A stretch of 64,000 nt of DNA from a virus (taxonomy: Duplodnaviria > Caudoviricetes): positions 21,285 to 85,284 of the IMG/VR virus record IMGVR_UViG_2639762784_000001; one strand, given 5' to 3'. Shown here piece after piece: positions 48,501 through 57,730 of this stretch (positions are counted from its first letter, which is position 1; each line of letters starts with the position of its first letter). Position numbers and translations under genes: made by a program. The notes beneath the pieces were generated by a model. It was not told the origin of the DNA. It was given only the letters and a program-made list of their open reading frames with translations, and ran no database searches.

Positions 48501-49288
48501 GCCTCACAACCGCCCGTACCGGCCACGGCATAAGAAATGCCTCGCTGAGCGCTCCGGAGCACCCTCTCGGGACCCGGGAGAAGCGCACCGCCGTCAACTA
48601 CGCCCTGAGTGCGAAGGGGATACCCGCGAAGGCCTGCTCCAAGTGCTGGGTCATCTAGTCGACGGGAAACTTCTGCAAGAAGAAGAGCGCCTCTGATGGG
48701 CTTGAGTCCTACTGCCGAGCCTGCGCAGCGGCCACGTACACAAGGCGGATGGCTGAAGACCCGGGCTACCGGGAGATGATGCGCAAATCTTCGCGGGAGT
48801 CTCACCGGAAGTTCTACCCCGAGCGTCGGGCAGTGATCCAGCAGCGAGTGAAGCGGCGGCGCCTTCAGTACCTTGCCGAGAACGCGAACAGGGTGCAGGA
48901 CCCGAAGGTTCTCAAGCGGTGCGCCGGCCAGTGCGGCCAGATGCTACCCGAGACGGAATTTCGGCTGAACCGCGGAGTGGCGGGTGGGCTGCGCGCTCGC
49001 TGCAACCACTGCTCGGATGCCTGCAAGAGGGCCCGACGAACCTGCTTCGAGGCGTTCGGTGACCCTGTCGGCCAGGCCTGCTACCTGTGCGGACACGAGA
49101 TAGAAGCCCTGCCTGACGCGTGGGTTGACCACGTCATACCGCAGTCCCAGAGCGGACCTGATACGGCGGACAACGTCCGCTGGACGCATGAGCTGTGCAA
49201 CCTCAGCCGCGGAGCGAAGCCGCTCACCCCTGAACAGTTCCAGCGCTTTCAGCGCATCGTTCCTACCTTCCCGGGAGCCCAGAAGTGA
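48497..49288 (+). pseudogene. HNH endonuclease gene interrupted by in-frame TAG (48656-48658)
   Basis: KACSKCWVI*STGNF..DGLESYCRAC continues in frame into ORF 48749-49288 with CYLCG..DHVIP..NVRWTHELCN. Confidence 0.75.
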
Positions 49289-49932
49289 CCACCACGCTGC
49301 ACCTGACCCGCGCCCACAACTGGCGCACCTCCGCCGCCTGCCAGGGCGTCGACCTCGAGATGTTCTTCGTCGACAACCCTGGCACCCAGGCCCGCATCCA
49401 GGGGATTTGTCGAGGCTGCCCGGTCCGCACCAGCTGCCTCGCCGACACCCTCGACTACGAGGGGCAGTCCCACATGCGGTGGGGTGTCGTCGGCGGGCTC
49501 ACCACCTGCCAGCGGCGGGCCCTGCGCTGCGAGGCCCTGCTGGGGAACCGGCCGAACCTGAAGCAGGCGCGGGTGTTGTCGTCGCCGGTGTGGGCGGCCG
49601 TGATGGTGCCGTTGCGGCATCGCGGGTTGTCGCCGGCGCAGATCGCGGTGGAGCTTCGTGCGCACGATGTGCTGGTGTCGGCGGTGACGGTGCGGGTCGC
49701 GGTGTGGTGGGCGGGTGGTAAGGGCAGTGTGATGCCTCGCCGTGGTCCGGGGGATGGCCGGCAGGTGTGGGAGTTGGTGCGGGATGAGTGCCGGGAGGTG
49801 GTGTACGGGCTGCGGGAGTTGGGGGCGGGGAATCGGGATGTGGCCGCCTATTTGCAGGTGTCGGAGGACGCGTTGGCTCGTGCGATTCATGCCTGGCGTG
49901 CCGAGGCCTCGGAGGGGGTGAAGGCGGCATGA
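49285..49932 (+). CDS. WhiB family regulator with C-terminal HTH extension
   Basis: WRTSAACQGVDLEMFF..ICRGCPVRTSC..WGVVGGLT. Confidence 0.88.
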   Translation: MTTTLHLTRAHNWRTSAACQGVDLEMFFVDNPGTQARIQGICRGCPVRTSCLADTLDYEGQSHMRWGVVGGLTTCQRRALRCEALLGNRPNLKQARVLSSPVWAAVMVPLRHRGLSPAQIAVELRAHDVLVSAVTVRVAVWWAGGKGSVMPRRGPGDGRQVWELVRDECREVVYGLRELGAGNRDVAAYLQVSEDALARAIHAWRAEASEGVKAA

Positions 49933-50747
49933 GTGGTCTGTCTGCTGAGCGGCGTGGTGACCTCGCTGAGGGGATGCTGCCGGTGGCCGCGAACCTGGCT
50001 GTCCTGGTGCACGGTGATGGCGGCCCCGAAGACGTTGCGCAGGTTCTTGAGAGTTTGGACGACGTCCAGAAGAACGCGCTGATCGTGGTCCTGGCCGGGT
50101 TGGTGGATCCGGAGCAGCCGGTGGGGAAAGCGTTGGGCTGGCTCGACTTCAACGAGCACGGCAGTCTGACGGTGCCGGCGTCGTGGTCCGAGGAGCGTTC
50201 GGTACGCGACCTGGCCCCGGATCCGGCCGTGGACCTGGATGACGACTTCGTGGACCAGGAGGCCGTCACCCGGTTCGTGCGCGGGTTCCGCGTCGACAGC
50301 TTCACCGACACAGAGTTCCTCGAGGCCGTGAAGCAGTGCGTCGCGAAGGGGATGAGCCTGGGGGACGTGGATCAGCTGCGCCGGTGGCCGCGGAAGACGA
50401 CGGAGAACTGGGTGAACCGGCTACGGAAGCAGTACCAGCGCTCTGGTCGTACGTTTCCGTCGCTGGCCCAGCCGGGGGCCCGGGTGCTGTCGGAGCAGGA
50501 GGTGATCGAGATTCGGGAGCGGTCCGCGGCCGGCGCTTTGGATCTCGATCTGGGGATGGCGTTCGGTTTGAACTCATCCACTGTCGGGGCGATCTGCCGG
50601 GGCCGGTCGTACGCCCAGTACGGGGGGCCGATTCGGGAGCCGAAGAAGGTGCAGCACCTGGCGGGGACGCGGAAGCACACGTGTGGGCACGGGGACAACT
50701 CCCTGGCCGCGAGGAACGTGAAGCATGAGATGGGAGAAGCGGCATGA
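49929..50747 (+). CDS. Hypothetical HTH-containing protein
   Basis: ATGA overlap; [27 protein letters not shown]. Confidence 0.65.
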   Translation: MSGLSAERRGDLAEGMLPVAANLAVLVHGDGGPEDVAQVLESLDDVQKNALIVVLAGLVDPEQPVGKALGWLDFNEHGSLTVPASWSEERSVRDLAPDPAVDLDDDFVDQEAVTRFVRGFRVDSFTDTEFLEAVKQCVAKGMSLGDVDQLRRWPRKTTENWVNRLRKQYQRSGRTFPSLAQPGARVLSEQEVIEIRERSAAGALDLDLGMAFGLNSSTVGAICRGRSYAQYGGPIREPKKVQHLAGTRKHTCGHGDNSLAARNVKHEMGEAA

Positions 50748-51277
50748 GTGGCGACACGGTGATCACGGTGTGTGGCAACGTCACCAAGGACCCCGAACTG
50801 CGCTGGACGAACAACGGTGTGGCGGTCGCGAAGTTCACCGTGGCGTCCACGCCGCGGACGTACAACCGGGACAAGCAGGCGTGGGAGGACGGGCCGACGC
50901 TGTTCCTTCCGGTGACGGTGTGGCGGCAGCAGGCCGAGCATGTTGCGGAGAGTGTGGCCCGGGGCTGCCGTGTGGTGGTGCAGGGCCGGCTGTCCCAGCG
51001 GTCCTATGAGGACAAGCAGGGCGTCAAACGGACCGTTTATGAGCTGGAGGGTGACGAGGTTGCCGTTTCGCTCCGGTCGGCGACCGCGGTGGTGTCGAAA
51101 GCCGGTGGGCAGGGGCAGGGCCGGGAGCAGTATCAGCAGGCGCGTGCGCGGTCGTCGCAGGAGGGTCGGGAGGATCCGTGGGCGTCGTCGGGTGCGGCTG
51201 CGGCTGCGGCTGCGGAGGCGGCGCAGGCCGGGGCGTGGGGTGGTCGGGGAGGGGATGCGGACGATCCGCCTTTCTGA
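50744..51277 (+). CDS. ssb: Single-stranded DNA-binding protein
   Basis: [32 protein letters not shown]; C-terminal DDPPF. Confidence 0.95.
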   Translation: MSGDTVITVCGNVTKDPELRWTNNGVAVAKFTVASTPRTYNRDKQAWEDGPTLFLPVTVWRQQAEHVAESVARGCRVVVQGRLSQRSYEDKQGVKRTVYELEGDEVAVSLRSATAVVSKAGGQGQGREQYQQARARSSQEGREDPWASSGAAAAAAAEAAQAGAWGGRGGDADDPPF

Positions 51278-51295
51278 TCTGACGCGCGGAGCGTG

Positions 51296-51326
51296 GAGGG
51301 GTCTGGCCGGTGGCTGGGCCCCTTTT
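51296..51326 (+). terminator. Intrinsic terminator
   Basis: GAGGGGTCTGGCC / GGCTGGGCCCCTT plus T-tract. Confidence 0.7.
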
Positions 51327-51346
51327 CGTGCGCCGAGGCGCCCGTT

Positions 51347-51383
51347 AAACCTATTGCCGTCGCAATGGAGTATGGATTAGAGT
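51347..51383 (+). promoter_or_regulatory. Promoter with conserved 15-bp spacer box (copy 3)
   Basis: TTGCCG-18-TAGAGT containing CGCAATGGAGTATGG. Confidence 0.75.
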
Positions 51384-51424
51384 GGCGATACCGACACCGC
51401 ACCACCCGAACGCAGGGGGACCCC

Positions 51425-51931
51425 ATGGTCACGTCCACCAGCCACCTCGCCGCGATCATCACCGCCAGCACCGCCCTCGTCCTCGCCCCCATCACCCCCG
51501 CCGCCGCCCACCACCTCACCGCCTCCATCCCCGAGCCCACGCCGGCCCTCACCCCGCAGCCCCCCACGCCCACCGCGATCCTCCTCGCCCACGCCCAGCT
51601 CACCCTCGCCGCCCAGGTCCGCACCGCCCTCGGAATGCCCGGCCGCCACATGCGCGAGGACGAGGGCGAGACCGCCCGCCGCGTCAGCCTGTGGTCCCAG
51701 CACGAACTGAATGCCCTGTACGAGCGGGTCGGCGGCACCGTGACCACCCGCACCGTCCAGCGCTCCACCCACGGCGGCGAATCGACGTGGGAGGCCCTCG
51801 AAATCACGCTCACCGTCGACCTCCCCGGCATCGGCACCGTCGAGATCTTCACCGACTGGGACGAGGAGACCGGCGGATACGACCTGCCCGTCATGCAGGC
51901 CACCCCGGACGCCACGCTCATCCCCGCCTGA
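51425..51931 (+). CDS. Hypothetical protein
   Basis: AGGGGGA RBS; first gene after promoter. Confidence 0.6.
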   Translation: MVTSTSHLAAIITASTALVLAPITPAAAHHLTASIPEPTPALTPQPPTPTAILLAHAQLTLAAQVRTALGMPGRHMREDEGETARRVSLWSQHELNALYERVGGTVTTRTVQRSTHGGESTWEALEITLTVDLPGIGTVEIFTDWDEETGGYDLPVMQATPDATLIPA

Positions 51932-52073
51932 CCGCCGAAGGGCCCGGCCTGCCCTGGCCGGACCCTTCTCCCCCCCTGGAAGGGGACATCCGTTGCCCTG
52001 CGACTGCGACGCCACCCCCGAAGAGGTGGCCGCCAACATCCACAACCAGCCGTGCACCAGCCACGACAACGCA

Positions 52074-52115
52074 CCCGACGACGACCCGGCCGACCACTAC
52101 ACCCAGTAGGAGCCC
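52074..52115 (+). repeat. 42-bp start-associated direct repeat, copy 1
   Basis: CCCGACGACGACCCGGCCGACCACTACACCCAGTAGGAGCCC. Confidence 0.9.
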
Positions 52116-52118
52116 GCC

Positions 52119-52475
52119 ATGCCCGCCCATGACATCGACATCGACGACTACGCCTCCTACTCCGAGACCACCGAGCACGAGGACGGCCGCACCAGCGGGC
52201 CCGTGATCGTCACGGGCCGTCAGGTCCGGAACCGCATGACCGCCACGGTGTACACGGCGGGCGGTGAGGCTCCGGAGTATCAGGTGATCGTGCAGAACCC
52301 GGAGACCGGAGCCATCACCGGCATCTCCACGGCCGTCAAGCACGGGCACCACACGACGACCTGGACACAGATCAGTGCTGACGAGCAGGACCGCATCAGG
52401 CGCGAGCGGACCACGCAGAGGGCGCAGATGTGGCAGGCCGCGGCAGCCGCTGGCGCCTTGACCCGCGACGCCTGA
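52119..52475 (+). CDS. Hypothetical protein
   Basis: AGGAG RBS within the repeat. Confidence 0.65.
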   Translation: MPAHDIDIDDYASYSETTEHEDGRTSGPVIVTGRQVRNRMTATVYTAGGEAPEYQVIVQNPETGAITGISTAVKHGHHTTTWTQISADEQDRIRRERTTQRAQMWQAAAAAGALTRDA

Positions 52476-52542
52476 ACCCGCGGTCCCTGGCCCCTCGGGG
52501 GACCGTCCGGCCGTGCATCTCGGCTCGGCACCCCTACCTCAG

Positions 52543-52584
52543 CCCGACGACGACCCGGCCGACCACTACACCCAGTAGGAGCCC
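52543..52584 (+). repeat. 42-bp start-associated direct repeat, copy 2
   Basis: Identical to 52074-52115. Confidence 0.9.
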
Positions 52585-52589
52585 TGCAC

Positions 52590-52973
52590 ATGACCGACAG
52601 CCAGCCCACCAAGACCGTCACTATCACCCTCGACGCCGCAAACAGCGACCGCCAGTACCCGTCCTACCAGATCAGCATCAACGCGATGGAGAGCGAGACT
52701 AACGGTCACGGCTACCGGCTGATGGGCTCGAAGTACATGGGCCGCAGCCGCAACTTGCGCACGGTGGAGCTCACGCAGCGGGACGCGGACGAGATCCGCG
52801 CTGTTCTTGACGAGGTGTTCCCGCCGAATCCGGCGGCCGTCCTCGACGAGATCGCCGACGTTCTCGCCCGCGCCTACGACGGGCAGTCGCTCGCCGAACT
52901 CCGCGACGAGCACGCCGCCCTCCACCTCGAGGCCGCGGCCGCCGTCCTCGCCCACCTGACCGCCCGCCACTGA
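52590..52973 (+). CDS. Hypothetical protein
   Basis: AGGAG RBS within the repeat. Confidence 0.65.
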   Translation: MTDSQPTKTVTITLDAANSDRQYPSYQISINAMESETNGHGYRLMGSKYMGRSRNLRTVELTQRDADEIRAVLDEVFPPNPAAVLDEIADVLARAYDGQSLAELRDEHAALHLEAAAAVLAHLTARH

Positions 52974-52991
52974 CCCTCCGAGGAGACCGGC

Positions 52992-53435
52992 ATGCCTCTC
53001 ATCGACCAGCACCCCAGCCCCGCCCCCGAGTCCCAGCCGGCCGAACCCGTGGGGACCGTTTTCACTCCCACGCTTGAGGACATGGAGGGCTGCTACAGCG
53101 GTGTCCTCGTGGCGTCGCTCGGCGAGGGTGAGGAGGCCATCGCCGTCACCGGTGACAAGCGTCAGGCGTTGGAAGCGCTCGACACCTACTACCGGGAGGT
53201 GTGCGGGCATCCGAACCTCCTGGACGACGCTGCCGCCGGGCTGGTGGACGCCTACTACTTCCTGGACTGCGGGCACGCCCTGTTCACGCGCCGCGCGGAC
53301 GGCGGATGGACGGCTACGGCCGCCGCCGAGACCACGCCCAGCGCCATCCCCGTCACCTGGTTCCAGGCACCGGGACCGGTTCCGCAACCTTACGTGCGGC
53401 ACAACGACCCGCAACTGCCCGCCGGATCCGCTTGA
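52992..53435 (+). CDS. Acidic hypothetical protein
   Basis: GAGGAG RBS. Confidence 0.6.
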   Translation: MPLIDQHPSPAPESQPAEPVGTVFTPTLEDMEGCYSGVLVASLGEGEEAIAVTGDKRQALEALDTYYREVCGHPNLLDDAAAGLVDAYYFLDCGHALFTRRADGGWTATAAAETTPSAIPVTWFQAPGPVPQPYVRHNDPQLPAGSA

Positions 53436-53519
53436 GGGCCGGCGGCCCCGAACAACAGCGACGACCCGGAGCGCATCGACGACTGCCCCCGATCCCACCA
53501 CACCACCAGGAGCCCCGCC

Positions 53520-54392
53520 GTGACCACCACCCACATCGGCCGCTCGTTCCTCGGGATGCGTCCCGACATCGAAGACTCCTGCCCCTGCCCGAAGGCGCCA
53601 TGCGGGCTCGTCATCGCCGACGAGGCCAGCCCGGAGTGCGGCCAGCATCACTGGTCGGCGGCGAAGACGATGCGTCAGTCGCACCCGGCGGACGAGTGCC
53701 CCGCCGAAGCCCGACCCACCCCGGCCGCCCCCGCGGGCAGCCTTCCCGATCTCACACCACCATCAGGAGACCCGATCATGACCGACCAGCAGATCACCAC
53801 CGCCCTCACCCACCGCCTGCGTCTCGCGCACGACTACATGCAGACCCACGGCTGGACACAGCACACCGAAAAGGACGAGCAGGGTCAGGTGTGTCTGACC
53901 GGAGCGGTCCGACTGTGCTCACCCAAGACCGGTGACGAGTACCTCGTCAGGGCTGTACTCCAGCATCGGGGCCTGGCGGAGTCCTGGAACGACGCCGCGG
54001 ACCGCACCGTGGCCGATGTGCTGGATGTGCTCTCCACACTGGAGATCACGGACACCGACCTGGAGCACACGTTCGGTCCCGGATGGGCCGGCGTGGTCCG
54101 GGTCGTGCGTGAGGCCGCCACCCTGACGGAAGAGCAGGCGGACCGGATCTCTGCCGCCTGGGATGCCGCCCAGTCTGCCGCCTGGTATGCCGCCCAGTCT
54201 GCCGCCTGGTATGCCGCCTGGGATGCCGCCTGGGATGCCGCCCAGTCTGCCGCCTGGGATGCCGCCCAGTCTCCCGCCCGGCCTGCCGCCCGGGATGCCG
54301 CGCTCGCTGAGGCCACCAGGCACCACACCACCCCCGAGCAGTACCAGTTGCTCTCCGCCCCCTGGCAGACGGTGTTCCCCGTCCAGGACTGA
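53520..54392 (+). CDS. Hypothetical protein (DUF6197-like domain plus AAWD repeats; second in-frame start at 53778)
   Basis: AGGAG before both GTG 53520 and ATG 53778; [19 protein letters not shown] motif. Confidence 0.6.
   Translation: MTTTHIGRSFLGMRPDIEDSCPCPKAPCGLVIADEASPECGQHHWSAAKTMRQSHPADECPAEARPTPAAPAGSLPDLTPPSGDPIMTDQQITTALTHRLRLAHDYMQTHGWTQHTEKDEQGQVCLTGAVRLCSPKTGDEYLVRAVLQHRGLAESWNDAADRTVADVLDVLSTLEITDTDLEHTFGPGWAGVVRVVREAATLTEEQADRISAAWDAAQSAAWYAAQSAAWYAAWDAAWDAAQSAAWDAAQSPARPAARDAALAEATRHHTTPEQYQLLSAPWQTVFPVQD
54153..54302 (+). repeat. Coding 12-bp tandem array GCCGCC(TGGGAT/CAGTCT/TGGTAT)
   Basis: Encodes [12 protein letters not shown] tetrapeptides. Confidence 0.9.
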
Positions 54393-54413
54393 CCCACCCC
54401 GACCGCCCCCACC

Positions 54414-54532
54414 GGTGGCGGGCCCGCCCCGGCTCCGCACAGGGCCCGGCACCTCGTCCAACGCCCCCTCGAACCCCGCGCGCACATCACCCGCCGCCAA
54501 ATCGACATCCTCCGCCTCGCCGCGAACGGCAG
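54414..54532 (+). repeat. 119-bp direct repeat, copy 1 (orphan fragment of LuxR-like gene)
   Basis: Identical to 55203-55321. Confidence 0.92.
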
Positions 54533-54612
54533 TGAGACCGCATGACCATCGCCCGCGCTTCGGCGCGACTCCCGTACACCCGACGCCCCACCACCACGAA
54601 GGAGACCACCCG

Positions 54613-55170
54613 ATGACCGACACCGACGACCTCACCCCGCAGACCCCCGAGGAACTCATCGCCGACCTCGGCGAACTCCACACGCGCACCATGGTGTCCC
54701 CCCTCCCGAAGCAGCCCGCGGCGATGGGCTGGCAGGCCGTCGCCGGGACCATGGCCGCCGGGTTCACCCGCGCCCTGTACGCCCTCAACGAGGTCGACCC
54801 CGTCAAGGCAACCGAGATCACCGCGTGGTACCAGGGCCCGTTCGAGGACGGCCCGGACCCGGAGGAGCACACGGACTGGCTGGAGCGGACCGTCGCGAAG
54901 GTCGACCTGGATCTGCTGGAGCGGTGGGTGCAGGACGGCCAGCGTCTGGCGGAGTCGTCCAAAGCCGCCGTGGAAGCCCACGAGGCGGAGAAGTGGGAGC
55001 CGCTGCGCCTGGCCCTGTCCCAGGCCCTCGGTCTCGGCACCGGCGCCCCGTGGAACGCCATCCAGGACCGCGCCACCGAACTCGCTGCCCTCACCGACAA
55101 GCACCGCTGCGACAACTGCGAGGGCGTGGCCCCGGCGTCCTGCCTGGTGAATCCGGAGCGCACCGCGTGA
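54613..55170 (+). CDS. Hypothetical protein flanked by 119-bp repeats
   Basis: AAGGAG RBS, ATG 54613. Confidence 0.65.
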   Translation: MTDTDDLTPQTPEELIADLGELHTRTMVSPLPKQPAAMGWQAVAGTMAAGFTRALYALNEVDPVKATEITAWYQGPFEDGPDPEEHTDWLERTVAKVDLDLLERWVQDGQRLAESSKAAVEAHEAEKWEPLRLALSQALGLGTGAPWNAIQDRATELAALTDKHRCDNCEGVAPASCLVNPERTA

Positions 55171-55517
55171 ACGCCCCAGTTCTGGTGGGCCCGTCACCCG
55201 ATGGTGGCGGGCCCGCCCCGGCTCCGCACAGGGCCCGGCACCTCGTCCAACGCCCCCTCGAACCCCGCGCGCACATCACCCGCCGCCAAATCGACATCCT
55301 CCGCCTCGCCGCGAACGGCAGCACCAACCGGGCCATCGCCCACCAGCTGGGCGTGAGCGAGGAAACCATCAAGACCCAGTTGCAGGTGGCGTACCGGAAG
55401 TTGCGGACGAGGGATCGCACGCAGGCGGTCACGGTGGCGCTGCGTCTGGGGCTGCTGTCGCTGGACGACATCGACGTGCCGGCGGGCGCGAACTCCGGCT
55501 ACCGGCACTCCGAATGA
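55167..55517 (+). CDS. Stand-alone LuxR/GerE-type HTH regulator
   Basis: [46 protein letters not shown]. Confidence 0.82.
   Translation: MNAPVLVGPSPDGGGPAPAPHRARHLVQRPLEPRAHITRRQIDILRLAANGSTNRAIAHQLGVSEETIKTQLQVAYRKLRTRDRTQAVTVALRLGLLSLDDIDVPAGANSGYRHSE
55203..55321 (+). repeat. 119-bp direct repeat, copy 2
   Basis: Identical to 54414-54532. Confidence 0.92.
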
Positions 55518-55584
55518 CCCAGCGAAACGGACATCTTAGACACCGCCACCGGCGGGTAAGACCGATCAAGCCCGGGAGGGCCCC

Positions 55585-55842
55585 ATGCACCGCATCCGCC
55601 CACACCTCGGGCTCACCGCGTACATCCTCGTCGGAGCCGCCACCGGAACCGGCAGCGTCCTGTTCTGGCTTCGCGTCCTCGGACCGGACCGCCCCCAGTG
55701 GGTCCTGTTCCTGATAACCGCTGTGACGGCCCTGATCGTGTTGAGGGCTGCGGCCGAAGCGCAGCACCGCCACGGAAGGCGGCGGCCCCGCCGCGCCCAC
55801 GCCCGACCCCACCCCGCCAAGACCGGAAGGAAGATCGCATGA
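55585..55842 (+). CDS. Small two-TM membrane protein
   Basis: GGGAGG RBS; two hydrophobic segments. Confidence 0.55.
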   Translation: MHRIRPHLGLTAYILVGAATGTGSVLFWLRVLGPDRPQWVLFLITAVTALIVLRAAAEAQHRHGRRRPRRAHARPHPAKTGRKIA

Positions 55843-56372
55843 CCGACCGCCCGCCCCTCGAGGACCTGGACGCCGAACCGGAGCCCGCACGCTGGTGCTG
55901 CAACGGCAACGCAGAAGACTGCGCCCTGTGCACCGATCCGAACCCGCCCTACCCGTTCGTCTGCCCCGAGCATCCGCGGACGCCGGACAACGAGCGGATT
56001 GTGGAAGACAAGGCGGAGGAGCGGGCCGCGGCGGAAGCCTACGATCGGGCCCTCCGTACCCCGCCCAGCGCGGAGGCGTGCGCTGCTCTCCGGGAGCGGT
56101 TGACGTCGGGAACGGTCGCTCGCCGGAAGGTTCGCCGACGGACGGCGACCGAAGCGACCGGAGCCGTCTGCACGGTGACCGTGACCGTGCACGCCCCGAC
56201 CGAGGAGAACGCCGCAGCGTGGGCGCAGACGATTAGCGATCTCGTATCTGCCGAGCACGGGCAGGAGATGCGGCTGAACATCCAGATCGACCGCCCGCGG
56301 AAAGCGTGCTGCGGCAAGGACATCGGGCACCACATCTTCTGCCCGACACGCCAGCCCAAGGAGCAGCCGTGA
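55839..56372 (+). CDS. Hypothetical protein
   Basis: ATGA overlap; Cys clusters at both ends. Confidence 0.55.
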   Translation: MTDRPPLEDLDAEPEPARWCCNGNAEDCALCTDPNPPYPFVCPEHPRTPDNERIVEDKAEERAAAEAYDRALRTPPSAEACAALRERLTSGTVARRKVRRRTATEATGAVCTVTVTVHAPTEENAAAWAQTISDLVSAEHGQEMRLNIQIDRPRKACCGKDIGHHIFCPTRQPKEQP

Positions 56373-57013
56373 GCGCCGCGGGTGGGTCCGCGACCCGTGA
56401 GGCTGCCCGCATCCGCAGGAGCGGCCGGAAGGGCGCGTGGGGCCACATCACGGCGTGGGCGGGCATGAACCCGGAAGCCGCCCGCGCGGACGCCACAGCG
56501 GCCCGGTGGGAGTTAGGGGCCCGCGCGGAACGGGCCACCGCACGGCTGGTGCGGCCGCTTTGGTGGCGTGGCTGGCGGATACGGCACGACCTGCGGATGG
56601 CCGGCCGCCGCTTCAACATCGACCACGTGCTCGTGGCGCCGTGCGGGACGGCGGTCGTCGTCGGGGACACCAAACGCTGGCATGCCGGGCGGGCGACGCA
56701 CGCGGTGGGCGGGCGGCTGTTCTGCGAGGCGGAGGACCGACACGGTGAGGCGGAGAAGGCTGCCGGGTACGCGCGGCTCCTCCAGGACGCGCTGGGCCTG
56801 CCCGGGGTGGTGGTGTGGCCGGTACTGATCGTGCACGGGTCCCCGGTGGCGGCGGGCGGGCATGTGCAGGTGGTGGCGGGGGCGGGGGTGGTGCAGGTGG
56901 TGGCCGCGGACCGGGTGCGGGGACTGTTGCGGGGTGCGTCGTCGGGCTGGTCGTGGAGCCGTGCCCGGCGGGTGGCGGCCCGGGTGGACGAGGTACTGCG
57001 CCCCTACCAGTGA
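56369..57013 (+). CDS. NERD (nuclease-related domain) protein
   Basis: GARAERATA..GWRIRHDL..NIDHVLVAP..VGDTKRW; in-frame TTA at 56513. Confidence 0.8.
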   Translation: MSAAGGSATREAARIRRSGRKGAWGHITAWAGMNPEAARADATAARWELGARAERATARLVRPLWWRGWRIRHDLRMAGRRFNIDHVLVAPCGTAVVVGDTKRWHAGRATHAVGGRLFCEAEDRHGEAEKAAGYARLLQDALGLPGVVVWPVLIVHGSPVAAGGHVQVVAGAGVVQVVAADRVRGLLRGASSGWSWSRARRVAARVDEVLRPYQ

Positions 57014-57056
57014 TCGGCAGGGGACCGTAGGGTGGGTGGACGCCTGGGGGCATGAG

Positions 57057-57097
57057 GAGGCCCGTCATCTGCTTCGTGCAGGTGGCGGGCCTCTTTT
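57057..57097 (+). terminator. Intrinsic terminator
   Basis: GAGGCCCGTCATCTGC / GCAGGTGGCGGGCCTC plus TTTT. Confidence 0.82.
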
Positions 57098-57118
57098 CGT
57101 GTTTCTGCACAGAACCGG

Positions 57119-57147
57119 TTGCGCCTTCCAGATTTGGAAGCTACCTT
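57119..57147 (+). promoter_or_regulatory. Promoter with palindromic operator in the spacer
   Basis: TTGCGC-17-TACCTT with CTTCCA-GATT-TGGAAG (57125-57140). Confidence 0.78.
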
Positions 57148-57200
57148 GGTGTCGTGAGGTCAGGGGAACAGCCCCAGACCCCAGTCGGAAGGACCCGACC

Positions 57201-57662
57201 ATGAACCGCATCGACATCGCCCACCAGGTCTCCACCACCCTCGGCGACCATGCCGACGACTTCAACATCGACGGCATCGTCGACGACCTGATCGCCGCCC
57301 ACGACGGCAACCTGGCCAGCATTGACGACTTCGACTCTCAGTCCTACTGGGCCATCGTCGAGACCCACGACGTTTCCACCCAGGCTGACGAGGACAACGA
57401 CCTCGGCACCACCGCATGGCTCGCCGTCCAGTCCAACGTCCTCGTCTACGGCGAGGGCCCCCAGGTGATGGTCCTCGCCCACCAGGCTGACGGCAACGCC
57501 CTCGAGGTGATGCCCTCCACGGCCCTGCCCGTCCCCCTCAGCGACGACCACGACATTGCGCAGGACGCCGCTGAGACCACCCTCAAGGCGGCCGGCTGGG
57601 AGACCGTCGGGGAGTGGAACGCCGTCGACACCGGCTACACCGTCAAGGTCCGCCGCGCCTGA
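57201..57662 (+). CDS. Highly acidic hypothetical protein (anti-CRISPR/anti-defence candidate)
   Basis: 153 aa, about 28 D/E versus 5 K/R by manual count; directly upstream of Aca2-like gene. Confidence 0.7.
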   Translation: MNRIDIAHQVSTTLGDHADDFNIDGIVDDLIAAHDGNLASIDDFDSQSYWAIVETHDVSTQADEDNDLGTTAWLAVQSNVLVYGEGPQVMVLAHQADGNALEVMPSTALPVPLSDDHDIAQDAAETTLKAAGWETVGEWNAVDTGYTVKVRRA

Positions 57663-57730
57663 CCCGTCGCCCCCTTCCGCCTGGGCCCGTCCTCGTACTG
57701 CCGGGGACGGGCCCGCCCTTTGGAGAACCG

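Noticed and set aside
52074-52584. CRISPR mini-array
   Set aside because: Only two copies separated by a whole gene, repeat contains an SD, no cas genes
54414-55321. Diversity-generating retroelement TR/VR pair
   Set aside because: Copies are identical with no adenine-specific mismatches, and no reverse transcriptase is in the window
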